DNA of 64,000 bases, taken from a bacterium (lineage in GTDB: Bacteria > UBA8248). The translations under genes and the position numbers were made by a program. Positions 46,814-57,028 of this stretch are shown here, piece by piece (positions within the stretch are counted from its first letter, which is position 1; the number at the start of each line of letters is the position of its first letter). The notes below the pieces were generated by a model. That model worked only from the letters and a program-made list of their open reading frames with translations, was not told the DNA's origin and did not search any database. The stretch lies in contig OY843592.1 of the NCBI GenBank assembly GCA_963692865.2, forward strand, positions 2,400,001 to 2,464,000, written 5' to 3'.

Positions 46814-47656
46814 ATGATGGGTAAATCGGTCGGGATTTGGCTGCTCGTTTTCGTCCTGCTGGCGGGGATTGTTGCGGAGATGGCCCACGCCGCCTCCCCG
46901 AAAATGGGCAAGGGCGGGTACGCAGGGATGATCCTAATCCCGGCAGGTCCCTTCACGATGGGGAGAAACGACGGCCCCGATGAGGAAAAACCCGCGCACC
47001 GCGTGTTTCTTCCCTCCTATTACATCGACCAAAACCTGGTGACCTGGGCGGATTATCTTCCCTTCATTCAGGCCAAGGGTCCTGCGGGTCCGCAAGGGGA
47101 GATGTACCTCGACACGGACGACCCCGACGCCAAGATCGTCCAGCAAGGCGACGCCTGGGTCGTCGAGAAGGGTTTCGACAAATTCCCGGCGAGCGAGATG
47201 GCCTGGAGCGGCGCCCTGGCCTATTGCCGCTGGAAGAGGAAGAAACTGCCCACCGAGGCGCAATGGGAAAAGGCGGCGCGCGGAACGGATGGCCGCCTCT
47301 ACCCATGGGGAAATCAGAAGCCAACTTCCGAATACCTGCTTCTTGGGGATTTCAGGGGCCAGACGGCGCCTGTGGGAAGCTATTCCAGAGGCGCGAGCCC
47401 GTACGGGGTAAACGACATGGCGGGGCAGGTGTGGGAGTGGACGGCTTCGCTGGCGATGCCCTATCCCTACAAGCCCAGGGACGGGCGCGAGAGCTTGAGC
47501 GCAGTGGATGCGCGCGTCGCGCGGGGCGGCAATTCGGCGAGTGCGCCCGACGGCATGATGACGACGAGCCGCGAAGTCGTAATGCCCGGCAGGCAAGCGA
47601 CGGGGCATGGCTACTTAGGCTTCAGATGCGCCGCGGAACCTCCTCACTCGACTTGA
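46814..47656 (+). CDS. Secreted FGE-sulfatase (SUMF1/EgtB/PvdO) domain protein
   Basis: Signal peptide, 'IPAGPFTMG', 'E.PAHRV', 'LPTEAQWEKAARG', 'DMAGQVWEW', 'RGG', 'GFRC'. Confidence 0.88.
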   Translation: MMGKSVGIWLLVFVLLAGIVAEMAHAASPKMGKGGYAGMILIPAGPFTMGRNDGPDEEKPAHRVFLPSYYIDQNLVTWADYLPFIQAKGPAGPQGEMYLDTDDPDAKIVQQGDAWVVEKGFDKFPASEMAWSGALAYCRWKRKKLPTEAQWEKAARGTDGRLYPWGNQKPTSEYLLLGDFRGQTAPVGSYSRGASPYGVNDMAGQVWEWTASLAMPYPYKPRDGRESLSAVDARVARGGNSASAPDGMMTTSREVVMPGRQATGHGYLGFRCAAEPPHST

Positions 47657-47710
47657 TGCGAAATGGGTGATTCTTCTTGCCGAAGCAGTTTCTTCCGCAG
47701 GCAAGCAGCC

Positions 47711-48442
47711 TCACCAAAGCGCGCGGGTGAGGGCGCTCAGCGAGCATTGCTGGCGTCCCCCGCCGTCGAAATTAGCAGGCGACAACCAGCGTTCGTGCGC
47801 CTCGCGGACGGCGGGCCATTCCTCCTGCGTGAGGGAGAACCAGGCGGTGTCGCGGCTGCGTCCCTTGACGATCATGTGATTCAGGAAGATGCCCTCGTAG
47901 CGAAAACCCAGGCGCAGGGCCGCGGAGCGAGAGGCCGCGTTCAGGGCGTCGCATTTCCATTCCAGGCGGCGGTAGCCCAGGGTATCGAGAGCGTGGCGCA
48001 TCTGGAGCGATAGCACTTCCGTGGTTCGCGCGCCGCGCTGCCAGTCGCGCCCGAACCAGATGTGGCCGATCTCGGCGACACCGGCGGCGGGCCGGATCTC
48101 CATGAAGCTGCCCATGCCGCCGAGGCGGCCCGTGGCGTTGTCGCGGTAGACGACGAACACCGGGTCCGGGGAGACTTGGCGCTCCAGGAGCATGGCGCGC
48201 ACCTCCTCCTCATTCGAGAAGGGACCCACGCTCATGTAATCGAATATCCGGTCTGTGTCTTCGCCTTCGGTCGCAACCCGGAATATATCAGCCGTGTCGC
48301 GCTCGGCATCGACCGGCTCGAGAGAAGTCCTGGGGCCTGAGATGATGACGCCCGAGAAACCCTCCCAGCGGCGCGGGGTGACCCGGGCGCCGCCGACGGG
48401 GCGTCTGTTCGCAGCGCTGGCCAACTCATCTTTTGTAGCCAT
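47711..48442 (-). CDS. GNAT acetyltransferase (RimJ/RimL family)
   Basis: 'AEIGHIW', 'LGYRRLEWKCDALNAASRSAALRLGFRYEG', 'RSRDTAWFS'. Confidence 0.92.
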   Translation of the reverse strand: MATKDELASAANRRPVGGARVTPRRWEGFSGVIISGPRTSLEPVDAERDTADIFRVATEGEDTDRIFDYMSVGPFSNEEEVRAMLLERQVSPDPVFVVYRDNATGRLGGMGSFMEIRPAAGVAEIGHIWFGRDWQRGARTTEVLSLQMRHALDTLGYRRLEWKCDALNAASRSAALRLGFRYEGIFLNHMIVKGRSRDTAWFSLTQEEWPAVREAHERWLSPANFDGGGRQQCSLSALTRALW

Positions 48443-48877
48443 GAAAAGCCCTTTTATCTCTGAAATACGATAAATGGATATGAATTCGCCGCCCGGCCTC
48501 GCTTCGCCGACCTGAAAAATTTGGTGGAATGATTGCCAATGTGCTAGTATTCCTGCCCTACCGGATCAATCTCCGCAGGCTGGCAAAAGAAGCCAAAAGC
48601 ATAGTTGGCGGAGTGGGTTATAGCAACCCTGACGGTGACGATGGGTTCGTCGTTTCCCCTAAGGGCCTGCCAGGGACCGACCCGGCCGGAACGAATGGGG
48701 AATGTGTTTCAGACCGCTGTTATCTCTACATGGCCGGGACGCAGGTATCGATTGAGCGTGTCTCGGACAACGAAGCGGGAAACTTCCTCCGCCGGATCGA
48801 GAACCTCTTCCATGAAGCATTGAGTCACGCAGGCGCCGATCGTTTCCGTCACGGCGACACCCGGGAAAGGGTATTCC

Positions 48878-50155
48878 ATGGAAGTGAACCTCACCGTCAT
48901 TCTGATCGCGGCGGTCTGCTCCGGCCTCTACATGGCCTGGGGGATAGGCGCCAACGACGTTGCGAATTCGATGGGAACGTCGGTCGGGTCGGGGGCCATC
49001 ACCGTAGGCACCGCCATCGTGATCGCGGGCGTATTCGAATTTCTCGGGGCCTTTCTGGCTGGCGGCGAAGTGACCTCGACGATACGCAAGGGCATCATCG
49101 ACGCGGATGCGCTCGGGCAGGATTCGGACCTGCTCGTCATCGGCATGTTGTCGGCGCTCCTGGCGGCCGCCGTCTGGCTAACGGTCGCCTCCCGATTCGG
49201 CTGGCCCGTCTCGACCACGCACTCGATAGTCGGCGCGATCATCGGGTTCGCGGTGGTGGCGGTCGGGTTCGAGGCCGTCCGCTGGTGGGGCGTGGCGAAG
49301 ATCGTCGCGAGCTGGGTCGTCACCCCCGTCATCGCCGGCGCGATCTCGTTCCTGCTGGTTCTGAGCGTGCAGCGGCTGATCTTCAATAAGGACGATCCCG
49401 CCGTCTACGCGCGCCGTTATGTGCCGGCCTACATCTTCGCCGCGGTGTTCATCACCTCGGTCGTGACGTTCGTCAAGGGCCTGAAGCACGTCGGTCTCGA
49501 TCTGGGCACACCCATGGCGGTCCTCTATTCGTTGCTGCTGGCCGCCGTCATCGCGTGCGCCGGTCGCGTCGTCATCAATCGCATGAGCTTCGAGGGCGGC
49601 GACTCTCACTCGGGGGGAGGGTCGCGCTATATCAACGTCGAGCGGGCGTTCGGCGTCCTGATGATCATCACCGCGTCGGGCATGGCGTTCGCCCACGGCT
49701 CCAACGACGTAGCCAACGCCATCGGGCCGCTGGCCGCTATCGTCGGCGTGGTGACGACCGGCGCGGTCGCCTCGAAGTCGGCGGTTCCACCCTGGCTCCT
49801 GCTGGTCGGGGCCGTCGGCATCGTCGTCGGCCTGGCGACGTTCGGGTACCGGGTGATGGCGACAATCGGGAGAAAGATCACGGAGCTTACGCCGAGCCGC
49901 GGGTTCGCCGCCGAATTCGCCGCCGCATCGACGGTGGTGGTGGCGAGCGGTACGGGACTGCCGGTCTCGACGACGCAGACGCTCGTGGGCGCGGTGATCG
50001 GAGTCGGGCTCGCGCGTGGCGTGGGCGCCCTCGACTTCGGCGTGGTGCGCACGATCTTCGTGTCCTGGATCGTGACGCTTCCCGCCGGGGCCGCGCTCGC
50101 GGTGCTGTTCTACTCCATCCTGAGCCTGACCTTGACAGGGAGCGCCGGGCCATGA
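48878..50155 (+). CDS. Inorganic phosphate transporter (PiT family)
   Basis: 'GIGANDVANSMGT', 'PVSTTHSIVG', 'AHGSNDVANA', 'PVSTT'. Confidence 0.95.
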   Translation: MEVNLTVILIAAVCSGLYMAWGIGANDVANSMGTSVGSGAITVGTAIVIAGVFEFLGAFLAGGEVTSTIRKGIIDADALGQDSDLLVIGMLSALLAAAVWLTVASRFGWPVSTTHSIVGAIIGFAVVAVGFEAVRWWGVAKIVASWVVTPVIAGAISFLLVLSVQRLIFNKDDPAVYARRYVPAYIFAAVFITSVVTFVKGLKHVGLDLGTPMAVLYSLLLAAVIACAGRVVINRMSFEGGDSHSGGGSRYINVERAFGVLMIITASGMAFAHGSNDVANAIGPLAAIVGVVTTGAVASKSAVPPWLLLVGAVGIVVGLATFGYRVMATIGRKITELTPSRGFAAEFAAASTVVVASGTGLPVSTTQTLVGAVIGVGLARGVGALDFGVVRTIFVSWIVTLPAGAALAVLFYSILSLTLTGSAGP

Positions 50156-50793
50156 GATTCGCCGAAGAATTCCTGCTCCTGCTCCGCGCCGAGGACGGAA
50201 CGCTATCGAGGGCGGCGGAATGGCTGGCGCGGGCCGCGCTCGGCGCAGCGGTTTTGATGGATCTCGCACTCGAAAACCGCATCGACACCGACCCCGACGG
50301 GTTGTTCCTCACCGATTCGACGCCGCTCGGCGACCCTTTGCTCGATCCGATGCTCGCCGAGATTGCGCGGGAAAAAGCGACCCATAACGCCCTCTACTGG
50401 GTGGATCACGCCACCCGGCACGCCGACGAAATCCGCGAAACCGCACTGGAGCGGCTGATCGGGAACGGGGTCCTCGAACTGAAGGATGACCGCTTCCTGT
50501 GGATATTCGGGACGAAACGCTATCTGGTCGTGGACGGGAAGATCGAACGTGAGTTGGTGGAACGGATCAGAACGGTGCTGTTGAGTGAGGTGATTCCCGA
50601 CCCTGAGGATATCGTCATCATCACCCTCGCGGACGGCTGCGGCTTGCTCGGCCCACTCTTCACCCAGGACGAACTGGCTCGGGCCGCGCCGCGGATCGAA
50701 CTGGTGCGGATGATGGACCTGATCGGGCGGGCGTTCCTGGCCGCGATGGACGTGGCCGTCCAGCCCGCTGCGGGCAAACTTGATCAGGATTGA
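50152..50793 (+). CDS. GPP34 / GOLPH3-Vps74 family protein
   Basis: 'MRFAEEFLLLL', 'GAAVLMDLALENRI', 'PLGDPLLD', 'FLWIFGTKRY'; ATGA overlap with PiT. Confidence 0.8.
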   Translation: MRFAEEFLLLLRAEDGTLSRAAEWLARAALGAAVLMDLALENRIDTDPDGLFLTDSTPLGDPLLDPMLAEIAREKATHNALYWVDHATRHADEIRETALERLIGNGVLELKDDRFLWIFGTKRYLVVDGKIERELVERIRTVLLSEVIPDPEDIVIITLADGCGLLGPLFTQDELARAAPRIELVRMMDLIGRAFLAAMDVAVQPAAGKLDQD

Positions 50794-51333
50794 TCCCGCC
50801 AACCCCCGGATAATTCGGTTTGCCATGCAGGATTGGCCCGTTGGTTCGTCGTCAACCTGGCGTCCGCCATCCAACCTGCGGTTCGGCAGGCGGGGTTCCA
50901 GCGGACGGACGGAGAGAAGTGGAGATTCCTGTCCGGCCCTTCGTTCAGGCATTGTCCCAGAACTTCTCTTGTCCATGAGCCAGATCCCGACAGGCCAGAA
51001 ACCTTGGCGAAGCAGCCGAAGGAACGGATCAGCCATTGCGGACGGGACTTTAGGGCAGGCTGTGTAACGGTTCGTCAGGGACCAGCCGGGATGCGCGGAA
51101 ACCTTGGCGAACATGCTTTCAATTTGATGATATGTTGCGGAAGATAAACTCCGAGCGAGATTTGAAATTCCGTATATTCATGACGATAAGATGACAGGAT
51201 TTCATGGGGGACTATAACGGTTTGATTCATCTGGAATTCGATAAAAACAGATAAATTCACGAGGTTTAGCGATAAATTACATCAATCGAGAAAATATCAA
51301 GCAATACTTTAATTGCCCTACGTAAATATCTGT

Positions 51334-51837
51334 CTAAAAACCCTTGTTCAGCGCGAGACCGAAGAAGATGGCGAACAGCGCGAGTATCGCGTTCCCCAGA
51401 TTCACATGTTCGAGCGTTTTGAGCAATTTCATGCGCTCATCCGTCGTATCGCCTATGGGACGCCCGTTTCCGGCGGGTCCCGTACCCCGCGTGAGCCTGA
51501 GGCCCACCGCGAAGAACTGGAAGCTGATTCCCATCATCATCAGGAATACCGTCAGCAACTTCAGTCCTAATGGCACGAAGAGTTTTCCGAATGCGGGCCC
51601 CATCGCCATCTTGAGGCCCGTCAGATACCAAGCGCCCGTCATGATGAGCACGCCCATGCAGATCAGGATAAAGGGGTGGTAGAAGCGAAGGATGGATATT
51701 ATCTCGCCCGCGTATTCCTCGGGCTCAAGCCTGCGCCGCAGGTGCCCCATCAGAAGCCAGAAAAAAACGAGCGCGCCCTCATACAGACAGGCCGCCAGTA
51801 TATGGACGTAAAGAAGCCAGAAATAGGTGTTCGACAT
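51334..51837 (-). CDS. Four-TM membrane protein (CopD/DUF2269-like)
   Basis: 'LYVHILAACLYEG', 'LIMTG', 'LGLKLL'; family assignment tentative. Confidence 0.65.
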   Translation of the reverse strand: MSNTYFWLLYVHILAACLYEGALVFFWLLMGHLRRRLEPEEYAGEIISILRFYHPFILICMGVLIMTGAWYLTGLKMAMGPAFGKLFVPLGLKLLTVFLMMMGISFQFFAVGLRLTRGTGPAGNGRPIGDTTDERMKLLKTLEHVNLGNAILALFAIFFGLALNKGF

Positions 51838-51908
51838 TCGCGTCTTCTAGGAGAAAATTTCGTGTGAAAACACCCCCGGGACGCGCGCCCCGGGGAGTGC
51901 ATGCGACT

Positions 51909-52766
51909 TTAGCTGGCCGTCCCTTCTTTGGGGAAGAACTTGTCGTATAGCTCGGGCCGTTGCCACTGCGTCAGCACGCCGGCCTTGGCCGCGTTTTGCC
52001 CCGATGAGGTCACCTCGTCGTTTTGCTCGCGAAGTTCGCGCATTCTCTCCAGATCCACGTCGACCATGAACAGGCCGGCCTTCGTGCTCTCGAAAACGAC
52101 TTCTTCGGGCGTCGCCACCATCGCCAGTCCGCGCTGGCTCTTGTCGAAAAGGTTCTGCGTGGTGATGACGATGGCCAGGTTCTCTATCGCACGCGACCAG
52201 ATGAGGTTCCGCCAGGTGCCCCACAGCCTTTTCTTGTCCACGCCGGCGGGCAGGAAGATGATTTCCGCCCCGCGGAGCGAGAGAGCGCGCGTCACCTCGG
52301 GCATATAGACTTCGCTGCACATCGCCATGCCGACCTGACCGTACTGGGTCTCGAAAACGGGGTATTCGTTCCCCGCGACGTACTGGAATTCCCAGATGCC
52401 GCCGCCGGTGTATATCCAGGGCCCGGGGGGATGGGTTCTGCGGTAGCGCCCCGAAGCGCCGCCGGTGGGCCGGGCGAGGTTCAGCAGGTTGTGCGCCGTT
52501 TTCTTCTCGTTATCCAGCGGTTCGAGCGTTCCGTATTGCACATAAACGCCGCAGCGCTTGGCCACTTCCTCCATCGCCTCGGTGGGGTCGAACGTGGCGG
52601 GCATGCGCCAGGGACCGGGATACGATTCGGGGAAGGCGACGAAATCGGCCCCCTGCGCGGCGGCGTCTTCGACATATCGAACCGCGTCGGCCACGTTTTT
52701 TTCATCCTCGGGTGGGGGATACCCCATCGGCTGCACGAGTGCGAGCCTGAAATTGTCGGCGCTCAT
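51909..52766 (-). CDS. Carbon-nitrogen hydrolase (nitrilase superfamily)
   Basis: 'ALVQ', 'FVAFPES', 'YRRTH', 'MAMCSE', 'GAEIIFLP', 'RAIEN'. Confidence 0.9.
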   Translation of the reverse strand: MSADNFRLALVQPMGYPPPEDEKNVADAVRYVEDAAAQGADFVAFPESYPGPWRMPATFDPTEAMEEVAKRCGVYVQYGTLEPLDNEKKTAHNLLNLARPTGGASGRYRRTHPPGPWIYTGGGIWEFQYVAGNEYPVFETQYGQVGMAMCSEVYMPEVTRALSLRGAEIIFLPAGVDKKRLWGTWRNLIWSRAIENLAIVITTQNLFDKSQRGLAMVATPEEVVFESTKAGLFMVDVDLERMRELREQNDEVTSSGQNAAKAGVLTQWQRPELYDKFFPKEGTAS

Positions 52767-52800
52767 TTCGGTCCCTCCTCAGATAAAAGGATTACCGCCG

Positions 52801-52986
52801 CTACCTGTCCACGTATAGCGTGCCGTCCGCCGCCCAGGAATCCGTCGCGACGTCTTGAAATATGACCGTGATGACGTTTTTGGGCGCGCCCGAGTGCTTG
52901 TGGACCGTCTCCGTGATCTCATCGGCCATCGCGCTTTTCTGCTCCTTGGTTCTTCCTGACAACAGGCTGACCTGAACAACGGGCAT
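52801..52986 (-). CDS. 4-oxalocrotonate tautomerase family protein
   Basis: 61 aa, N-terminal (M)P, 'GRTKEQK', 'WAADG'; AAGGAGG RBS. Confidence 0.93.
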   Translation of the reverse strand: MPVVQVSLLSGRTKEQKSAMADEITETVHKHSGAPKNVITVIFQDVATDSWAADGTLYVDR

Positions 52987-53034
52987 CGGAATACCTCCTT
53001 CTGAATTGGGGGTGAATCACTAAGGCATCAACTC

Positions 53035-54669
53035 CTAGATATTGGGGCCGGCAGCCGCGACGTCCGGCGTCACCCGTTCCGTGAACTGCTCGAAATTCTC
53101 ACGGAACGCTCCAGCGAGTTCGCGTATTTTTTCGTCGTATTTTTTCTTGCTCCGCCAAAGATTTCTGGGGATCATGTATTTCTTCGGCACCCCGGGGCAA
53201 CTCGTCGGAACATGCAAATCGAATATCGGCACGTCCTGTGTGGAAACTTTGGCCAGTTCGCCCGTCATAGCGGCCGTCAGAAGAGCGCGCGTATGATGCA
53301 GCGGCATCCTGTCGACCTCGCCGGCGGCCCCCCCGATCCAGCCCGTGTTGACGAGCCAGACCTGCGCGTCGTGTTTTTTGAGTTTACCCATGAGCATCTC
53401 TCCGTATTCTGCGGGATGCAGGGCCAGGAAGGGCGCGCCGAAACAACTGCTGAACGTGGCCATCGGCTCATCGACGCCAGCCTCGGTACCGGCCACCTTG
53501 GCCGTATAGCCGGAGAGGAAATGGTAGGCCGCCTGCTCGGGCGTTAGTTTGCTGATGGGGGGCAGAACGCCGAACGCGTCACATGTGAGAAAGAAGATGT
53601 TCTTCGGATGCCCGCCCATGCCCGAGAGCTCGCAGTTGTCGATGAAGTGGTTGGGGTAGGTGGCGCGCGTGTTTTCCGTTATCGACATGTCGTCGTAATC
53701 GATTTCCCGCGTAAGCGGATCGACGACGACGTTCTCCAGAACGGAACCGAAGCGTATGGCGTCCCAAATCTGGGGTTCGTCTTCCCTTGTGAGGTTGATG
53801 GTTTTCGCGTAGCAACCGCCTTCGAAATTGAAGATGCCCGCATCCGACCAGCCGTGCTCGTCGTCGCCGATGAGCTTTCGGTTCGGATCCGCGGACAGCG
53901 TGGTCTTGCCCGTGCCGGAGAGGCCGAAGAAAAGGGCCGTGTCCCCGCCGTGGCCCATGTTCGCCGAGCAGTGCATCGGAAAGACGCCCTTTTGGGGCAG
54001 CAGATAATTCATGATGAAAAAGGCCGATTTCTTCATCTCGCCGGCGTATTCCGAACCGCCGATGAGCGCCATGTTCTTCTCGAAATTCACCAGCGTGAAG
54101 TTCTCCTGCCGGAGTCCTTCCGCCGGACCCGCTCCCAGGAACCTGCCCATGTCGATGACAGTGAAGGGATTTTTGTGATTGTCCAGTTCACCGGGTTCGG
54201 GGCGGACGAGCAGCGTCTGGCAGAACATCGAATGCCATGCGAGTTCCGAGATTACGCGCACGGGCAGCTTGTATCTCGGATCGTTGCCCACGAAACCATC
54301 GAAGATGAAAAGGTCGCGCTTTTGGGCGTAGCTTGCGATTTTCTGAAAAATGCTGTCCCAGTTTTCGGTCGATATTTTCTGGTTGATGGGCCCCCACCAT
54401 ATCTTCTTGCTGGATGGGTTCTGATCGACCGTGAACTTGTCTTTGGGCGAGCGGCCCGAGAATTTGCCCGTGTGCACCACGAGCGCCCCGTTGGGAGCGA
54501 GGTAACCTTCGCCTCTCGCGACCGCCATTTCGTTGAGGGTGGGGATGGGGAGATTCCGGTACACCTTGGCTACGTTCTTGAGGCCTAATTTATGGAGGCC
54601 GAACGTCCTTTCCGTCCCTATTTTCGCAGGTGAGGAGGTTGTCTTTCCCCCCTCCTTGGTTGACGCCAT
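53035..54669 (-). CDS. pckA: Phosphoenolpyruvate carboxykinase (ATP)
   Basis: 'GRSPKDKF', 'YAGEMKK', 'MHCSAN', 'GLSGTGKTTLS', 'IGDDEHGW', 'NFEGGCYAK'. Confidence 0.98.
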   Translation of the reverse strand: MASTKEGGKTTSSPAKIGTERTFGLHKLGLKNVAKVYRNLPIPTLNEMAVARGEGYLAPNGALVVHTGKFSGRSPKDKFTVDQNPSSKKIWWGPINQKISTENWDSIFQKIASYAQKRDLFIFDGFVGNDPRYKLPVRVISELAWHSMFCQTLLVRPEPGELDNHKNPFTVIDMGRFLGAGPAEGLRQENFTLVNFEKNMALIGGSEYAGEMKKSAFFIMNYLLPQKGVFPMHCSANMGHGGDTALFFGLSGTGKTTLSADPNRKLIGDDEHGWSDAGIFNFEGGCYAKTINLTREDEPQIWDAIRFGSVLENVVVDPLTREIDYDDMSITENTRATYPNHFIDNCELSGMGGHPKNIFFLTCDAFGVLPPISKLTPEQAAYHFLSGYTAKVAGTEAGVDEPMATFSSCFGAPFLALHPAEYGEMLMGKLKKHDAQVWLVNTGWIGGAAGEVDRMPLHHTRALLTAAMTGELAKVSTQDVPIFDLHVPTSCPGVPKKYMIPRNLWRSKKKYDEKIRELAGAFRENFEQFTERVTPDVAAAGPNI

Positions 54670-54878
54670 GTGTTACTTCCTCCCGGGAGTCGAAATATCC
54701 GTGCAACAGTTCCGCTCGCGTTAAGAGCATTTTTTGAATTGTCTTGCGAATCGCGTACGAATCCGCTCAAAGAAGGCCGCAATATGCCTCGCAGAGTGTA
54801 AGAAGTCAAAAGCAAACCCAGGTCGTTTTCACCTCGTGAACCACGCAAACTCTTTTCGGTTTTATGGGTATTTGCGTC

Positions 54879-55955
54879 TTATCCGATGACTTCACTTTCT
54901 TTGCGATAAAAGGGCAAGCTCTCGACAGTCGCCTTGGCCACGGCACCCAGAGAATCCACCATTACTTGCGTGCCAGGCTCCATCTGGGCGCGGGGCAGAT
55001 ACGAAAAAGCCAGGACGGCGTCGAGCGTCGGACAATACGCGGAGCGGGTGATGGAACCGACCTCCTTACCGCCTGCATAAACGGCTGCTCCCGGCTCAGG
55101 GACGGTTTCTCCATCAATCTTGAGCCCCACGATTCCCCGATTCACTTGGCCGAGATACTTGATCTTGGCGATGACCTCCTGGCCGATGTAGCAGCCCTTC
55201 TCGAAGTCGATGGCCTTTTCCTCCAGCCCCGCCTGCATGGGGTTGACGGCCGGAGTCATGTCCTTGCCGAAGAGCGCCACGCCCGCCTCCAGCGTAAGCG
55301 ATTCGAGCGTGGCGACGCCCGCTGGTTTCGCTCCCGCATCCGACAACGCCCGCCAGACGCGCTCCGCCTCCTCGCGACGCCCCATGAGCAGATAGCCGTC
55401 TTCGCCCGTCCATAGTTCGCGCGCCATCATCATGTCGCCAGAAGACGTGTGGCCGTGCGCCGAGGTTGGAGGTTCGCCCATCCCCGCTTTGGCGATGATC
55501 TCCCTTGAGGAGGGGCCGAAAAGGCCTATGCAAAACGAATTTTCCGTCTCGTCCGCCACTTCCACCTGATCCATGATGATGAACCTGTCGATCTCCTCGG
55601 CGAGAATTCCCGCCATTCCGGGAGCCACCGAGGCGACTACGAATGTTTCAAATTTGTAGGTATGCAGATCGGAGATGAACTTTCCCTGCCGGGTGAGGAA
55701 GGTGTTGTACGCGCCCTCTCCGGGCTTGAGTTCTTTTACGCGGTTGGAGAGCATTCGGTGGAGAAATTCCTCGGTGTCCGGGCCGCTGAAGCAGAGGTTG
55801 CCCCGGTGGGACAGATCGATGACGACGGCGCTTTTTCTGCATGTGAGATGTTCGGCTGCCGCGTCTCCGAACGATGCGGGGATCCGCCATCCCGCTTCTT
55901 CAATGAGCCGGGCGTTGGCCGCTTGGTGCAAGTCGAGCAGGGGGGTGGCTGGCAT
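54879..55955 (-). CDS. ygfZ: Folate-binding YgfZ/GcvT-family protein
   Basis: GcvT-like N-terminus 'TPLLDLH', 'IDLSHRG', signature 'KGCYIGQE'. Confidence 0.85.
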   Translation of the reverse strand: MPATPLLDLHQAANARLIEEAGWRIPASFGDAAAEHLTCRKSAVVIDLSHRGNLCFSGPDTEEFLHRMLSNRVKELKPGEGAYNTFLTRQGKFISDLHTYKFETFVVASVAPGMAGILAEEIDRFIIMDQVEVADETENSFCIGLFGPSSREIIAKAGMGEPPTSAHGHTSSGDMMMARELWTGEDGYLLMGRREEAERVWRALSDAGAKPAGVATLESLTLEAGVALFGKDMTPAVNPMQAGLEEKAIDFEKGCYIGQEVIAKIKYLGQVNRGIVGLKIDGETVPEPGAAVYAGGKEVGSITRSAYCPTLDAVLAFSYLPRAQMEPGTQVMVDSLGAVAKATVESLPFYRKESEVIG

Positions 55956-56110
55956 GGGTCTCCTCTTGGGCGCATTATGCGAGCGCAATGTAGAAGCGAA
56001 AGTTCCGGCAATTATTGATACGCTTGTGTATTCTACGCTCTGATTAAGGGTGAAGTGAAATGATGGAGGCAAACATCATTCATTATCCATATCGGGAGGC
56101 GAGATGAAGC

Positions 56111-56986
56111 ATGGGCGAGAAACTGGGATTCATTGGTCTGGGCAAGATGGGAACGCCCCTGACACGCAATCTCCTTGCGGACGACCATGAAGTGGCGGGT
56201 TTTGACGTCGATCCGGCCCGCATGGAGCAATTGAGAGAAGCAGGCGGAACTCCTTGCGCGAACGCAAGAGAGGTGGCCGAGCGTTCGGAAGTGGTTTTCA
56301 CCATGCTGCTCAAGCCCGAACACATCGAGATGAACACCATCGGGCCGGAAGGGGTCGCCGCCGCAGGGAAGGAAGGCCTCATCCTCGTCGAGATGAGCAC
56401 GATGCACCCGACCTGGTCCGCCGGGCTGGCGAGAAAGCTCGAAGCCAGGGGCGTGGAGATGGTCGACGCTCCCGTCTCGGGTACCGTGCCGCACGTTGAG
56501 TCGAGAACGCTGGCCTATATGGTGGGCGGCAAGAAAGAAACCTTCGAGCGCATCAAGCCCATCATCGAGCCGTTGGCCAAGAGCGTTATCCATACCGGGC
56601 CCAACGGCACGGGCTGCTCCATGAAGCTGGTGACGAACCTCATCGTGAACGCGGGCGTCGCCCTGCTGGCGGAGGGCCTGCTCCTCGGCGAACGCTCGGG
56701 TTTGTCGCACGATACAATCATGTCTTGCCTGCGCTCGGGAGCGGCGGCGGGTGTTCTCCTGGATCTCAAGGGAGAAAAAATTCTCTCGCGCGACTTTACG
56801 CCACATGGCGCTCTGAGCATCTACGTGAAAGATCTCGGCCTTTGCGTTGACCTGGCGAGAGAAAAAGGATTTGATGCGTCTATGGCGGCAGCTGGTCTGG
56901 AGATGTTCCGGCGCGCGCAAGAAGCGGGTTGGGCCGAAGATGATTGCGCGCGCGTGGTGGATGTATATGAGGGAAAGGATCGTTAG
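56111..56986 (+). CDS. NAD(P)-dependent beta-hydroxyacid dehydrogenase
   Basis: 'GFIGLGKMG', 'VDAPVSG', 'MKLVTN', 'KDLGL'. Confidence 0.9.
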   Translation: MGEKLGFIGLGKMGTPLTRNLLADDHEVAGFDVDPARMEQLREAGGTPCANAREVAERSEVVFTMLLKPEHIEMNTIGPEGVAAAGKEGLILVEMSTMHPTWSAGLARKLEARGVEMVDAPVSGTVPHVESRTLAYMVGGKKETFERIKPIIEPLAKSVIHTGPNGTGCSMKLVTNLIVNAGVALLAEGLLLGERSGLSHDTIMSCLRSGAAAGVLLDLKGEKILSRDFTPHGALSIYVKDLGLCVDLAREKGFDASMAAAGLEMFRRAQEAGWAEDDCARVVDVYEGKDR

Positions 56987-57028
56987 GGTTCACGGTTGGT
57001 TTTACCGCGACTGCACAGGAGACGGACA

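Noticed and set aside
48529-48877. ORF upstream of PiT as DUF47/PhoU or a separate gene
   Set aside because: No recognisable motifs, and the frame runs on out-of-frame through PiT; cannot be supported.
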